Shown: piece after piece, positions 27,736 to 37,200 of the stretch
How positions within the stretch are numbered: the stretch's first letter is position 1
How the letters are laid out: every line of letters starts with the position of its first letter
Source of the DNA: a virus
Lineage: Duplodnaviria; Heunggongvirae; Uroviricota; Caudoviricetes
Virus record (IMG/VR): IMGVR_UViG_2939147180_000005
Span: 1 to 38,436 of that record
Direction: 5' to 3' (one strand)
Length of the DNA stretch: 38,436 bases
The notes under the pieces: generated by a model
Databases searched by the model: none
The model's input: only the letters and a program-made list of their open reading frames with translations
Told to the model about the DNA's origin: nothing
Program-made: the position numbers and the translations under genes

Positions 27736-28504
27736 TAAAATTTCCTCCCGGTAAAAATTGCTTCTCAATTCCTGGCTGACCAACATTCGGGCGCCAGCTC
27801 TCCCAGTTAAAATTCACCCATCGCCCGCCGTTCATGGTCATCCGATCCATAATCCTCTCGCCGAGCAATGTTTTCATGGCCTCATAGTTCAGGTTTGTCA
27901 GCATCCCCACGCTGCGGATCGACGCTGTCCGGCGATCAACAATCTGGTGCAGTACCACCTGCTCGTTTTTTGTCTCGCACTGAATGCCAATTTCATCAAG
28001 AACCAGCAGATCCACTTCGCACAGTTCCCGCAAAAATTTTTCGCCTGATTGCCCGTCGTCATAGCTGGCGTGTAGAGCACTCATAACATCAGCCACGGTA
28101 ACCACAATCACTGTCTGACCGTTTTTCAGCAGGCGATTCCCGATAGCCGCCGCCAGATGGTTTTTTCCGGTACCAGGTTTTCCGCTGAACGCAAAATTTG
28201 TACACCCGACCATCAGTTCATCGGCGATGGATTTCGCCTGGCTCAACGCGTATCGCTGGCCGTCGTTCTGCACCTGGTAATTCGAAAACGAGCATTTGCG
28301 GTGCAACGGCTGGATGCCGGAGCGATTCAGAATTTTTTCCACCCGCAACTGACGATTCTGGCGATTGATCTCCTCGCAACGTTTCTGGCCTTCTGCAAGT
28401 TGCCACTCGCGCCACTCCGCCACCGTCCTGAATGGCGCGGTTACATGTGACGGGGCCAGTCTGCGGATACGTTCCAGAACGCCGCCTGTCGCAATATTTT
28501 TCAT
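27719..28504 (-). CDS. ydaV: DnaC-like replication protein (helicase loader, AAA+)
   Basis: Walker A …FAFSGKPGTGKNHLAAAIG…, Walker B …LLVLDEIG…; 261 aa. Confidence 0.8.
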   Translation of the reverse strand: MKNIATGGVLERIRRLAPSHVTAPFRTVAEWREWQLAEGQKRCEEINRQNRQLRVEKILNRSGIQPLHRKCSFSNYQVQNDGQRYALSQAKSIADELMVGCTNFAFSGKPGTGKNHLAAAIGNRLLKNGQTVIVVTVADVMSALHASYDDGQSGEKFLRELCEVDLLVLDEIGIQCETKNEQVVLHQIVDRRTASIRSVGMLTNLNYEAMKTLLGERIMDRMTMNGGRWVNFNWESWRPNVGQPGIEKQFLPGGNFNGDRF

Positions 28505-28510
28505 GGTCAG

Positions 28511-29305
28511 TTACCCCCTGAAGCCTGGCGGGATCGCACTGTCCGGCAACGAGACGGTGTTAACCTGTCGGAGCAACGTCTCAGGCCGAACACCTTTCGG
28601 CGCGAACAAGCCCTGGTATTCATTGGCGATGCTGTGTCGAATCACCTGCTCAGGGGTAAAACCCTGCTGGCGGAATTTTTCCAGTTCCCGTATCGCCCCG
28701 TTAGCGCCCTGCTCCGTTCGAATCGGTTTTCGCAATGCCTGCCTGAACTGGACCCACTCATTCCAGAGTGTTTCTGGCAACCAGTCGGGCAGAGCAATGG
28801 CCTCCGGCTCGAATTTTTTAGACGCTCGTTTTTGCCGAGGGGGATTTAGGGGGAGATCAGTATTTTTATCTTCCTCTTCCTCTTCCTCTTCCTCTGGTAA
28901 CGCTTTTTGATCCGTTTGTGTAACGCTGGCAGCGTTACCTTTTCGCTTCAGTTCGCGTATTTTTGTAACTCTCTCGTTTGTAACCGCCCGTTTTTTCGAG
29001 CTTTTTCCGTTATGACGCTCAAAGTTAGGTAGTGAAAGCACTCCATCACTTTCGACCAGCCATCCAACCTGAATTAACGCATCAGCAAAACCAGCCATAA
29101 AAGTGATACGGTCTATTGCACTTTTTGTAACACCTCGAGCGTTACACTCTGCGTTACCATCAATCATTTGTTGATCCGCCCATGCCCAGAATCGAATGAC
29201 CTTCCCTAATGCGGCATCTGGATCAATATTAAGAATCTCAGCAATCCTGAATATTTCCGGTTTATCCGGCGTAATAACTTCGAGCTTTATCCAGTTTGAA
29301 GCCAT
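28511..29305 (-). CDS. ydaU: Replication initiator-like protein (YdaU-like) with poly-Glu linker
   Basis: Start MASNWIKLEV… with AAGGTG RBS; internal EEEEEEEED linker encoded by (TTCCTC)4 on the plus strand; iteron-like palindromes lie in and upstream of the gene. Confidence 0.6.
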   Translation of the reverse strand: MASNWIKLEVITPDKPEIFRIAEILNIDPDAALGKVIRFWAWADQQMIDGNAECNARGVTKSAIDRITFMAGFADALIQVGWLVESDGVLSLPNFERHNGKSSKKRAVTNERVTKIRELKRKGNAASVTQTDQKALPEEEEEEEEDKNTDLPLNPPRQKRASKKFEPEAIALPDWLPETLWNEWVQFRQALRKPIRTEQGANGAIRELEKFRQQGFTPEQVIRHSIANEYQGLFAPKGVRPETLLRQVNTVSLPDSAIPPGFRG

Positions 29306-29383
29306 ATTGTTTTCACCTTGTAACGCTCGCAGCGTTACATTTAACTGATACCGAACAAAACGCTCCGGCACGATTAATTTCAA

Positions 29384-29806
29384 TCAATGCACTACGACAG
29401 AATCGCCGGATGATCCGCCGCGGCTGAAATGCGCTTTCCGGTAAACGGCCTGGACTGCATCATCATGCGCATCAATTGCCGTATTCAGCGCTTCCTGAGC
29501 CGCCAGTAATGCGCGACGTTCCAGGGTGTCAAAAACGCTGAGGCGGTGTCGCAGTTCGCGCGGAAGAATTGCCAGGATTGCAGGAATCAACTTCTGGATT
29601 TTTTCCCTTTGCGCCTTTGTTTCACCTTTTAACCAGCGGTGATAGATGTTTTGCTGATTGTTCCAGTCCTTGCCTGGAGCCAGGGCTAATTCACTCTCCC
29701 CCTGGCGCAAATATTCTTCAGTAATTGCGTTGGCAACCCACGCCTGACCTTTTTCGGCAGCCAGAGCTAACAACACTGATTCAATGTGCTCATGCCTGAT
29801 TTTCAT
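29384..29806 (-). CDS. ydaT: YdaT-like protein (cII-like regulator candidate)
   Basis: Translation from MKIRHEHIESVLLALAAEKGQAWVANAITEEYLRQG… resembles remembered Rac YdaT. Confidence 0.6.
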   Translation of the reverse strand: MKIRHEHIESVLLALAAEKGQAWVANAITEEYLRQGESELALAPGKDWNNQQNIYHRWLKGETKAQREKIQKLIPAILAILPRELRHRLSVFDTLERRALLAAQEALNTAIDAHDDAVQAVYRKAHFSRGGSSGDSVVVH

Positions 29807-30017
29807 GAATACCCTTACCCGCCCGCTTTGCCTTACGATATTTGTCATAGATATTTGAGTCGTACTGAAGCTCCCCGCCAGATGCCTCTTGCAGACGCAT
29901 CGCGCGGCCTTCAGGAACCAGTTCCCCCCATTGAGAAACAGCAGATGGATCAACGCCAGCAGCTTTCGCCACTTTGGCTTTCGTGCCGTAATAATTAATT
30001 ACGTCTGATTTAAACAT
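29790..30017 (-). CDS. ydaS: Cro-like HTH regulator (YdaS-like)
   Basis: Start MFKSDVINYYGTKAKVAKAAGVDPSAVSQW… with GGAGG RBS; HTH motif; divergent from racR across an operator-bearing spacer. Confidence 0.65.
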   Translation of the reverse strand: MFKSDVINYYGTKAKVAKAAGVDPSAVSQWGELVPEGRAMRLQEASGGELQYDSNIYDKYRKAKRAGKGIHENQA

Positions 30018-30026
30018 TGCACCTCC

Positions 30027-30049
30027 AATATTGAGTTTTCTCAATGTTA
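30027..30049. promoter_or_regulatory. Operator-like palindrome in the racR/ydaS divergent control region
   Basis: AATATTGAGTTTTCTCAATGTTA (TTGAG-N-CTCAA dyad) in the 77-bp spacer between the divergent HTH genes. Confidence 0.5.
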
Positions 30050-30094
30050 ATCACTCAAGGAATCTCAAGTCAAGGGTTATTAAGATATCTAAAT

Positions 30095-30502
30095 ATGAAC
30101 GAGAAAACTTTAGGTCAACGAATTAGAGAAAGACGCAAGCAGGTAGGCTTAAGTCAAAGTGGTTTAAGCAAAGCTGCTGGCGTTTCTGGCTCATCAATTT
30201 CATTATGGGAAAGTGACCATACAGCCCCGCGTGGGCAAAATTTGCATAGACTCGCCGAGGTATTACAATGCTCACCGACCTGGATACTGTTCGGTGATGA
30301 GGATAAAACTCCGGATGCCCCAGTTTCACTCAATAGCCCCTTAGACTTATCGGAAGATGAACTGGAGATGTTGCGACTGTATCGCGCACTTCCAAAATCC
30401 GAACAACAAGCACAAATCAGTGAACTCAGCGCTCGAGTTGAGAATTTTAATCGCCTATTTACTGAGCTATTAGAAGCTCGCAAGCGTAACAAACATCAAT
30501 AA
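30095..30502 (+). CDS. racR: Prophage repressor RacR (XRE-family HTH)
   Basis: MNEKTLGQRIRERRKQVGLSQSGLSKAAGVSGSSISLWE… is an XRE HTH; matches remembered RacR. Confidence 0.8.
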   Translation: MNEKTLGQRIRERRKQVGLSQSGLSKAAGVSGSSISLWESDHTAPRGQNLHRLAEVLQCSPTWILFGDEDKTPDAPVSLNSPLDLSEDELEMLRLYRALPKSEQQAQISELSARVENFNRLFTELLEARKRNKHQ

Positions 30503-30555
30503 TCACCCCATCACAAATTTTTAAAGCCTTACATTTCAATGTATTGGCTTTATCT

Positions 30556-30617
30556 TGAGTCAAATATTGAGTTTTCTCATCAAAAACACTTGACCAAAAA
30601 CAATGAGAAAACTAAAT
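30556..30617. promoter_or_regulatory. Second operator cluster (OL-like) downstream of racR
   Basis: AATATTGAGTTTTCTCA at 30564-30580 and its inverted copy AATGAGAAAACT at 30602-30613, plus CTTGAGTCAA at 30554-30563. Confidence 0.45.
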
Positions 30618-30770
30618 TACATCCCATCAAAACACCGCACGGTGTTCTCAGCAAACAGTTCCGCCACCCGGCGTTAAGGGGATACGAAGATGATCGCAGA
30701 TGAAAAGCAGGGACTGGTGTTAAAAATAGATACCAGCCCCCTGAGACATCAGATTGAGAAGTTATACAAA

Positions 30771-30962
30771 CTACTTGTTCCTGCGGTTTTTAACTGTCCG
30801 GATGATTTTATTGATTGTTTTATTAAAGTGTTCACTGAAATCAGAATCTTTGATTTCCGCAAAACAATCACCGCAGATAAAACGATCATTGTCAGAGCCA
30901 GAGTGCTCATCGATCTCAATGTAGCGAGATCGGCAATGAGGACAGCGAAATTTAATATCCAT
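30771..30962 (-). CDS. Small zinc-ribbon protein (possibly YdaF-like)
   Basis: MDIKFRCPHCRSRYIEIDEHSGSDNDRFICGDCFAEIK… has two CxxC pairs; AAGGA RBS; fully antisense to an alternative plus-strand ORF. Confidence 0.45.
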   Translation of the reverse strand: MDIKFRCPHCRSRYIEIDEHSGSDNDRFICGDCFAEIKDSDFSEHFNKTINKIIRTVKNRRNK

Positions 30963-31057
30963 AATTAATATCCTTACAGCAAATTACCATTTGTAAGGAT
31001 ATCACCTCACCTGATGTGGTTAAAAGCAGGTCGTAGGCTCCACGATACGGAGCAACT

Positions 31058-31255
31058 ATGAAGCCAATTCCCCCAGCGTTAAGGGAAAATGAGGTCAACA
31101 TGGATACTATCGATCTTAGCAACAACGAATCCCTGGTGTGTGGCGTGTTCCCCAACCAGGATGGAACGTTCACCGCCATGACGTATACCAAAAGCAAAAC
31201 GTTTAAAACCGAAGTTGGCGCGCGTCGCTGGTTGGAGAAGTACACAGTAAGCTAA
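31058..31255 (+). CDS. Small protein (YdaG-like); alternative start at 31100 (MDTIDL…)
   Basis: GGAG RBS before ATG 31058 and GAGG before ATG 31100. Confidence 0.45.
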   Translation: MKPIPPALRENEVNMDTIDLSNNESLVCGVFPNQDGTFTAMTYTKSKTFKTEVGARRWLEKYTVS

Positions 31256-31707
31256 CGATTAAAACGTCTGCTCCTACTGTTCCAGAATAACTTCATAAAG
31301 TGGGAGTATTTTTCGGTGACGAGATAATAAGAACAGTTTGCGCCATCACTCTGATGTTGAATGATGCCCTTCCGTTCTAATTTTTTCATAACCGGGTTAC
31401 GGCAAGGAGAAGTGATAATAAGATTTCCTGTTTTAAGGAAATCTTTAAATACAGCGATTTCTTTCTCAGATAAACGAAGCAATACTCGTTGCTCTGGTAG
31501 CAATGAATAATGTTTTTGAATATGTGCTCGCAATCTTGAGAAGGAAATGGCAACCACGAAAGAAAAGGCAAAAACTATAATCTGAAAGAGCCAGGTTATT
31601 TCAGTATAAGCATTAAATACGACAGCAAACTCTTTCGGTATCAGCCAGAGAGTGAGGCCAAAAATGATAATCGTGTACATAAGTCTTTCGATGTGGCTCT
31701 TTAGCAA
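31252..31707 (-). CDS. sieB: SieB-like superinfection exclusion membrane protein
   Basis: 151-aa ORF with two N-terminal TM helices (…MYTIIIFGLTLWLIP… / …WLFQIIVFAFSFVVAISF…); position between immunity region and kilR. Confidence 0.55.
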   Translation of the reverse strand: MLKSHIERLMYTIIIFGLTLWLIPKEFAVVFNAYTEITWLFQIIVFAFSFVVAISFSRLRAHIQKHYSLLPEQRVLLRLSEKEIAVFKDFLKTGNLIITSPCRNPVMKKLERKGIIQHQSDGANCSYYLVTEKYSHFMKLFWNSRSRRFNR

Positions 31708-32182
31708 AAAGTTTCAACAATGGAGTAAATACATCCAACATTTCAATAACTCTCGACTGTAAGGGTATTGAAATGTTAACACAAGCTCTCGCTGTAGGGG
31801 TATAGCCGAGACCACCGAAGCCCGGAGGTGGTGAAATAAAACCGGGCACAACACGAAGGCGCATTTCCGATATCCATAAAGAGTCGGTCTTGTCTGTTAA
31901 ATATAAATGGTGGGAGTGCGCCTCCGGTTGTGAATAACGACATTGCTGTGTGTAGTCCTGGCGGCATCAGTTTTTTTCTTGAAGTTCGGCTGATGTCCGC
32001 CCTTTTTAAAGTGAATTTTGTGATGCGGTGAATGCGGCTAAGCGCACGTGGCACAGTTAAAAGTCATGTTAGTCCTTATTGGTTTGGGTGGGAAAGCCGA
32101 CTGTAATTGTTAACTGGTTGCAGTCACCTGGAGGCACCAGGCACCGCATCAACAAAGTTCATTTGTAAAAATGGAGATAATT

Positions 32183-32404
32183 ATGATTGCACATCACTTC
32201 GGAACTGATGAAATACCACGTCAGTGTGTGACTCCTGGCGATTATGTTCTTCATGAAGGCCGGACATATATTGCCTCGGCAAACAATATTAAAAAGCGAA
32301 AACTATATATTCGTAACCTGACCACAAAAACATGCATTACTGACCGCATGATTAAAGTCTTCCTCGGTCGTGATGGTTTACCTGTAAAGGCGGAGTCATG
32401 GTGA
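32183..32404 (+). CDS. kilR: KilR, FtsZ-inhibiting killing protein
   Basis: [73 protein letters not shown] matches remembered KilR; GGAG RBS. Confidence 0.8.
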   Translation: MIAHHFGTDEIPRQCVTPGDYVLHEGRTYIASANNIKKRKLYIRNLTTKTCITDRMIKVFLGRDGLPVKAESW

Positions 32405-32574
32405 TGACTAAGAAAATAAAATGTGCTTACCACCTTTGCAAAAAAGACGTTGAAGAAAGCAAAGCTATTGAAAGAATGCTTCACTTCATGCACGGGGTTT
32501 TATCAAAAGACGAACCGAGAAAATATTGCAGTGAAGCTTGTGCCGAAAAAGACCAGATGGCACATGAACTTTAA
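32404..32574 (+). CDS. ydaE: YdaE-like small Cys-rich protein
   Basis: 56 aa, [56 protein letters not shown]; start overlaps kilR stop (TGATG); below the ORF-track cut-off. Confidence 0.75.
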   Translation: MTKKIKCAYHLCKKDVEESKAIERMLHFMHGVLSKDEPRKYCSEACAEKDQMAHEL

Positions 32575-32648
32575 TTAATTGACTATTCGAAACTGAATTT
32601 ATGCCAGAAATGGCAGGTATTCGCTCAACCTTAATTAAGGAGAAAAAC

Positions 32649-32924
32649 ATGATTACCAATTATGAAGCCACTGTTGTAACTACCGATGACATTGTTCACG
32701 AGGTGAATCTGGAAGGAAAGCGCATTGGCTACGTAATTAAAACAGAAAATAAAGAAACCCCATTCACTGTGGTTGATATCGATGGTCCATCAGGCAACGT
32801 AAAAACACTTGATGAAGGTGTCAAAAAAATGTGCCTGGTGCATATCGGAAAGAATCTGCCCGCAGAAAAAAAAGCCGAATTTCTGGCAACTCTAATTGCA
32901 ATGAAATTAAAAGGTGAAATCTGA
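32649..32924 (+). CDS. racC: RacC protein
   Basis: Start MITNYEATVVTTDDIVHEVNLEGKRIGYVIK… with AAGGAG RBS; matches remembered RacC. Confidence 0.8.
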   Translation: MITNYEATVVTTDDIVHEVNLEGKRIGYVIKTENKETPFTVVDIDGPSGNVKTLDEGVKKMCLVHIGKNLPAEKKAEFLATLIAMKLKGEI

Positions 32925-33025
32925 AAGAAATAGCCTGCGTATGGCGCAGGCTATGAACAGTGTGTATCCGGCAAGATCATTCACTGAACAAAACGAATTT
33001 TAATCTGAGTTGAGGTTAAAAAACA

Positions 33026-35626
33026 ATGAGCACAAAACCACTCTTCCTGTTACGGAAAGCGAAAAAATCATCCGGTGAACCTGACGTCGTCCTGTGGGCA
33101 AGCAACGATTTTGAATCGACCTGTGCCACTCTGGACTACCTGATCGTTAAGTCAGGTAAAAAACTGAGCAGCTATTTTAAAGCTGTTGCCACGAATTTTC
33201 CTGTCGTTAATGACCTGCCCGCTGAAGGTGAGATCGATTTTACCTGGAGTGAACGCTATCAACTCAGCAAAGACTCCATGACATGGGAACTAAAACCGGG
33301 AGCAGCACCAGACAACGCTCACTATCAAGGCAATACCAACGTCAACGGCGAAGACATGACTGAGATTGAGGAGAATATGCTACTCCCAATTTCTGGCCAG
33401 GAACTGCCCATTCGTTGGCTTGCTCAACACGGCAGCGAAAAACCGGTAACGCACGTTTCACGCGACGGACTCCAGGCATTACACATTGCTCGGGCTGAAG
33501 AACTACCGGCTGTTACTGCCCTGGCTGTTTCCCACAAAACCAGCCTGCTCGACCCGCTGGAAATTCGCGAACTCCACAAACTGGTTCGTGACACTGACAA
33601 AGTTTTCCCTAATCCTGGTAATTCAAACCTGGGACTGATAACTGCTTTTTTCGAAGCATACCTGAACGCTGACTACACCGATCGAGGACTGCTGACAAAA
33701 GAGTGGATGAAGGGTAATCGTGTTTCACACATCACTCGCACGGCTTCCGGTGCTAATGCTGGCGGCGGAAACCTCACCGATCGCGGCGAAGGTTTCGTAC
33801 ACGATCTGACGTCACTGGCGCGCGACGTAGCCACTGGCGTACTGGCCCGTTCAATGGATCTGGACATCTATAACCTTCATCCGGCACACGCTAAACGCAT
33901 TGAGGAAATTATCGCTGAAAATAAACCGCCCTTTTCTGTTTTCCGCGACAAATTCATCACCATGCCTGGCGGGCTGGATTATTCCCGCGCCATCGTGGTT
34001 GCGTCCGTAAAAGAAGCACCAATTGGGATCGAGGTCATCCCCGCGCACGTCACTGAATATCTGAACAAAGTACTGACTGAAACCGATCATGCCAACCCTG
34101 ATCCGGAAATCGTGGATATTGCCTGCGGTCGCTCCTCTGCCCCGATGCCGCAGCGAGTAACAGAAGAAGGAAAACAGGATGATGAAGAAAAACCGCAACC
34201 ATCTGGAACAACGGCAGTTGAACAGGGAGAGGCTGAAACAATGGAACCGGACGCAACTGAACATCATCAGGACACGCAGCCGCTGGATGCTCAGTCACAG
34301 GTAAATTCTGTTGATGCGAAATATCAGGAACTGCGGGCAGAACTCCATGAAGCCCGAAAAAACATTCCATCAAAAGATCCTGTCGATGCCGATAAATTGC
34401 TTGCTGCATCACGTGGTGAATTTGTTGACGGAATTAGCGACCCGAACGATCCGAAATGGGTAAAGGGGATCCAGACTCGCGATTCTGTGTACCAGAACCA
34501 GCCAGAAACGGAAATAATCAGCCCGGATGCGAAACAACCTGAGCCAGTAGTGCAACAGGAACAGGAAATAGTCTGCAATGCCTGCGGTCAGACTGGCGGG
34601 GATAACTGCCCTGACTGTGGTGCGGTGATGGGCGACGCAACATACCAGGAAACATTCGGTGAAGAGAATCAGGTTGAAGCTAAGGAAAAAGATCCGGAGG
34701 AAATGGAAGGCGCTGAACATCCGCACAATGAGAATGCTGGCAGCGATCCGCATCGCGATTGCAGTGATGAAACTGGCGAAGTCGCAGATCCCGTAATCGT
34801 AGAAGACATAGAGCCCGGTATTTATTACGGAATTTCGAATGAGAATTACCACGCGGGTCCCGGTGTCAGTAAGTCTCAGCTCGATGACATTGCTGATACT
34901 CCGGCACTGTATTTGTGGCGTAAAAATGCCCCCGTGGACACTACAAAGACAAAAACGCTCGATTTAGGAACCGCTTTCCACTGCCGGGTACTTGAACCGG
35001 AAGAATTTAGTAACCGCTTTATCGTAGCACCTGAATTTAACCGCCGTACAAACGCCGGAAAAGAAGAAGAGAAAGCGTTTCTGATGGAATGCGCAAGCAC
35101 AGGAAAAACGGTTATCACTGCGGAAGAAGGCCGGAAAATTGAACTCATGTATCAAAGCGTTATGGCTTTGCCGCTGGGGCAATGGCTTGTTGAAAGCGCC
35201 GGACACGCTGAATCATCAATTTACTGGGAAGATCCGGAAACAGGAATTTTGTGTCGGTGCCGTCCGGACAAAATTATTCCTGAATTTCACTGGATCATGG
35301 ACGTGAAAACCACAGCGGATATTCAACGATTCAAAACGTCTTATTACGACTACCGCTATCACGTTCAGGATGCATTCTACAGTGACGGTTATGAAGCACA
35401 GTTTGGTGTGCAGCCAACTTTCGTTTTTCTGGTTGCCAGCACAACTGTTGAATGCGGACGTTATCCGGTTGAGATTTTCATGATGGGCGAAGAAGCAAAA
35501 CTGGCAGGCCAGCAGGAATATCACCGCAATCTGCGGACCCTGGCTGACTGCCTAAATACCGATGAATGGCCAGCTATTAAGACGTTATCACTGCCCCGCT
35601 GGGCTAAGGAGTATGCAAATGACTAA
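33026..35626 (+). CDS. recE: RecE, exonuclease VIII (full length, 866 aa)
   Basis: [30 protein letters not shown]… N-terminus and C-terminal nuclease domain match remembered RecE; GAGG RBS. Confidence 0.9.
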   Translation: MSTKPLFLLRKAKKSSGEPDVVLWASNDFESTCATLDYLIVKSGKKLSSYFKAVATNFPVVNDLPAEGEIDFTWSERYQLSKDSMTWELKPGAAPDNAHYQGNTNVNGEDMTEIEENMLLPISGQELPIRWLAQHGSEKPVTHVSRDGLQALHIARAEELPAVTALAVSHKTSLLDPLEIRELHKLVRDTDKVFPNPGNSNLGLITAFFEAYLNADYTDRGLLTKEWMKGNRVSHITRTASGANAGGGNLTDRGEGFVHDLTSLARDVATGVLARSMDLDIYNLHPAHAKRIEEIIAENKPPFSVFRDKFITMPGGLDYSRAIVVASVKEAPIGIEVIPAHVTEYLNKVLTETDHANPDPEIVDIACGRSSAPMPQRVTEEGKQDDEEKPQPSGTTAVEQGEAETMEPDATEHHQDTQPLDAQSQVNSVDAKYQELRAELHEARKNIPSKDPVDADKLLAASRGEFVDGISDPNDPKWVKGIQTRDSVYQNQPETEIISPDAKQPEPVVQQEQEIVCNACGQTGGDNCPDCGAVMGDATYQETFGEENQVEAKEKDPEEMEGAEHPHNENAGSDPHRDCSDETGEVADPVIVEDIEPGIYYGISNENYHAGPGVSKSQLDDIADTPALYLWRKNAPVDTTKTKTLDLGTAFHCRVLEPEEFSNRFIVAPEFNRRTNAGKEEEKAFLMECASTGKTVITAEEGRKIELMYQSVMALPLGQWLVESAGHAESSIYWEDPETGILCRCRPDKIIPEFHWIMDVKTTADIQRFKTSYYDYRYHVQDAFYSDGYEAQFGVQPTFVFLVASTTVECGRYPVEIFMMGEEAKLAGQQEYHRNLRTLADCLNTDEWPAIKTLSLPRWAKEYAND

Positions 35627-36452
35627 GCAACCACCTATCGCAAAAGCCGATCTGCAAAAAACTCAGGGAAACCGTGCACCAGCAGCAGTTAACGATAAGG
35701 ATGTGCTGTGCGTGATTAACAGCCCGGCAATGAAAGCGCAACTGGCAGCAGCTCTGCCACGTCACATGACAGCGGAACGCATGATCCGCATTGCTACAAC
35801 AGAAATCCGTAAAGTACCGGAACTAAGAAACTGTGACTCGACGAGTTTTATCGGTGCCATCGTACAGTGTTCACAGCTCGGACTTGAGCCAGGTAGCGCC
35901 CTCGGTCATGCATATCTGCTACCGTTCGGCAACGGAAAAGCAAAAAACGGTAAGAAGAACGTACAGCTGATCATCGGTTATCGCGGCATGATCGACCTTG
36001 CCCGTCGATCAGGTCAAATCATCAGTCTGTCAGCTCGTGTTGTCCGTGAATGTGATGAATTCAGCTATGAACTTGGCCTTGATGAAAAACTGGTTCATCG
36101 TCCCGGTGAAAACGAAGATGCCCCTATAACCCATGTCTATGCTGTTGCAAAACTGAAAGACGGAGGAGTGCAGTTTGAAGTCATGACCCGCAAACAAGTA
36201 GAAAAAGTTCGCGACACACACAGCAAGGCGGCAAAAAACGCAGCGTCAAAAGGGGCGTCGTCCATCTGGGATGAACACTTTGAAGACATGGCCAAAAAGA
36301 CAGTGATACGAAAACTGTTCAAGTATCTGCCGGTATCTATTGAAATCCAGCGTGCAGTATCGATGGATGGAAAAGAGGTGGAAACAATTAATCCAGACGA
36401 CATATCGGTTATAGCCGGGGAATACAGTGTAATCGATAATCCAGAAGAATAA
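35619..36452 (+). CDS. recT: RecT single-strand annealing protein
   Basis: Start [24 protein letters not shown]… overlaps recE stop (ATGACTAA); matches remembered RecT. Confidence 0.9.
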   Translation: MTKQPPIAKADLQKTQGNRAPAAVNDKDVLCVINSPAMKAQLAAALPRHMTAERMIRIATTEIRKVPELRNCDSTSFIGAIVQCSQLGLEPGSALGHAYLLPFGNGKAKNGKKNVQLIIGYRGMIDLARRSGQIISLSARVVRECDEFSYELGLDEKLVHRPGENEDAPITHVYAVAKLKDGGVQFEVMTRKQVEKVRDTHSKAAKNAASKGASSIWDEHFEDMAKKTVIRKLFKYLPVSIEIQRAVSMDGKEVETINPDDISVIAGEYSVIDNPEE

Positions 36453-36496
36453 TCCAGCCTGGCGGTGTAATGCACCGCCAACGTGAGATAGTTTTT

Positions 36497-36703
36497 ATGA
36501 CAAAAACTTTGAGATATGACGATGTTAAACCATGTCCGTTTTGTGGTTGTCCATCAGTAACGGTGAAAGACATTTCAGGATATTACCGGGCAAAATGCAA
36601 CGGATGCGAATCCCGAACTGGCTATGGTGGAAGTGAAAAAGAAGCGCTCGAAAGATGGAATAAACGAACCACTGAAAATATTAATGGAGGCGTTCATGTA
36701 TAA
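36497..36703 (+). CDS. ralR: RalR / Lar restriction-alleviation protein
   Basis: MTKTLRYDDVKPCPFCGCPSVTVKDISGYYRAKCNGCESRTGYGGSEKEALERWNKRTT… zinc ribbon; matches remembered Lar. Confidence 0.85.
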   Translation: MTKTLRYDDVKPCPFCGCPSVTVKDISGYYRAKCNGCESRTGYGGSEKEALERWNKRTTENINGGVHV

Positions 36704-36884
36704 AATTACCGCTACAATTGAAAAGGAAGGTGGCACTCCTACTAACTGGACAAGATATTCAAAATCTAAACTAACGAAATCAGAATGCGAAAAAATGCTC
36801 TCAGGTAAAAAAGAAGCAGGCGTTTCCAGAGAGCAGAAAGTAAAACTGATAAATTTTAATTGCGAGAAACTTCAGTCCTCGTGA
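36696..36884 (+). CDS. ydaC: YdaC-like small protein
   Basis: Start MYKITATIEKEGGTPTNWTRYSKSKL… with GGAGG RBS; overlaps ralR stop by 8 nt. Confidence 0.7.
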   Translation: MYKITATIEKEGGTPTNWTRYSKSKLTKSECEKMLSGKKEAGVSREQKVKLINFNCEKLQSS

Positions 36885-36983
36885 ATTGCATTGTATTCAA
36901 ATTAAAACTTCATAGCTGATTATTAATAATCAACATCAGGCGTCAATTTCAGTCTAACATTGGCGCCTGCCAGAGGTGATGCG

Positions 36984-37199
36984 ATGGCACAAGTAATCTT
37001 TAATGAAGAGTGGATGGTTGAATACGGCCTGATGCTTCGCACTGGTCTGGGGGCCAGACAAATTGAAGCATACCGCCAGAACTGTTGGGTGGAGGGCTTC
37101 CACTTCAAACGAGTATCTCCTTTAGGTAAGCCAGACAGCAAACGAGGGATTATCTGGTACAACTATCCAAAGATAAATCAGTTTATCAAAGACTCATGA
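36984..37199 (+). CDS. xisR: Excisionase (XisR / YdaQ-like)
   Basis: Start [35 protein letters not shown]… ; stop 1 nt before the int start. Confidence 0.8.
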   Translation: MAQVIFNEEWMVEYGLMLRTGLGARQIEAYRQNCWVEGFHFKRVSPLGKPDSKRGIIWYNYPKINQFIKDS

Positions 37200-37200
37200 T

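Noticed and set aside
30690-30968. 92-aa plus-strand ORF antisense to the zinc-ribbon ORF
   Set aside because: Has an AAGGGG RBS, so not excluded, but the antisense 63-aa ORF has a clear double-CxxC zinc ribbon and was preferred. Only one of the two is likely real.
31613-32054. Two minus-strand ORFs (83 and 92 aa) between sieB and kilR
   Set aside because: No RBS and implausible composition; the region more likely holds the early-operon promoter and leader, with a dyad at ~31807-31835.
33673-35524. Multiple 60-150 aa minus-strand ORFs inside recE
   Set aside because: All antisense to a full-length conserved recE frame; typical long-gene shadow ORFs.
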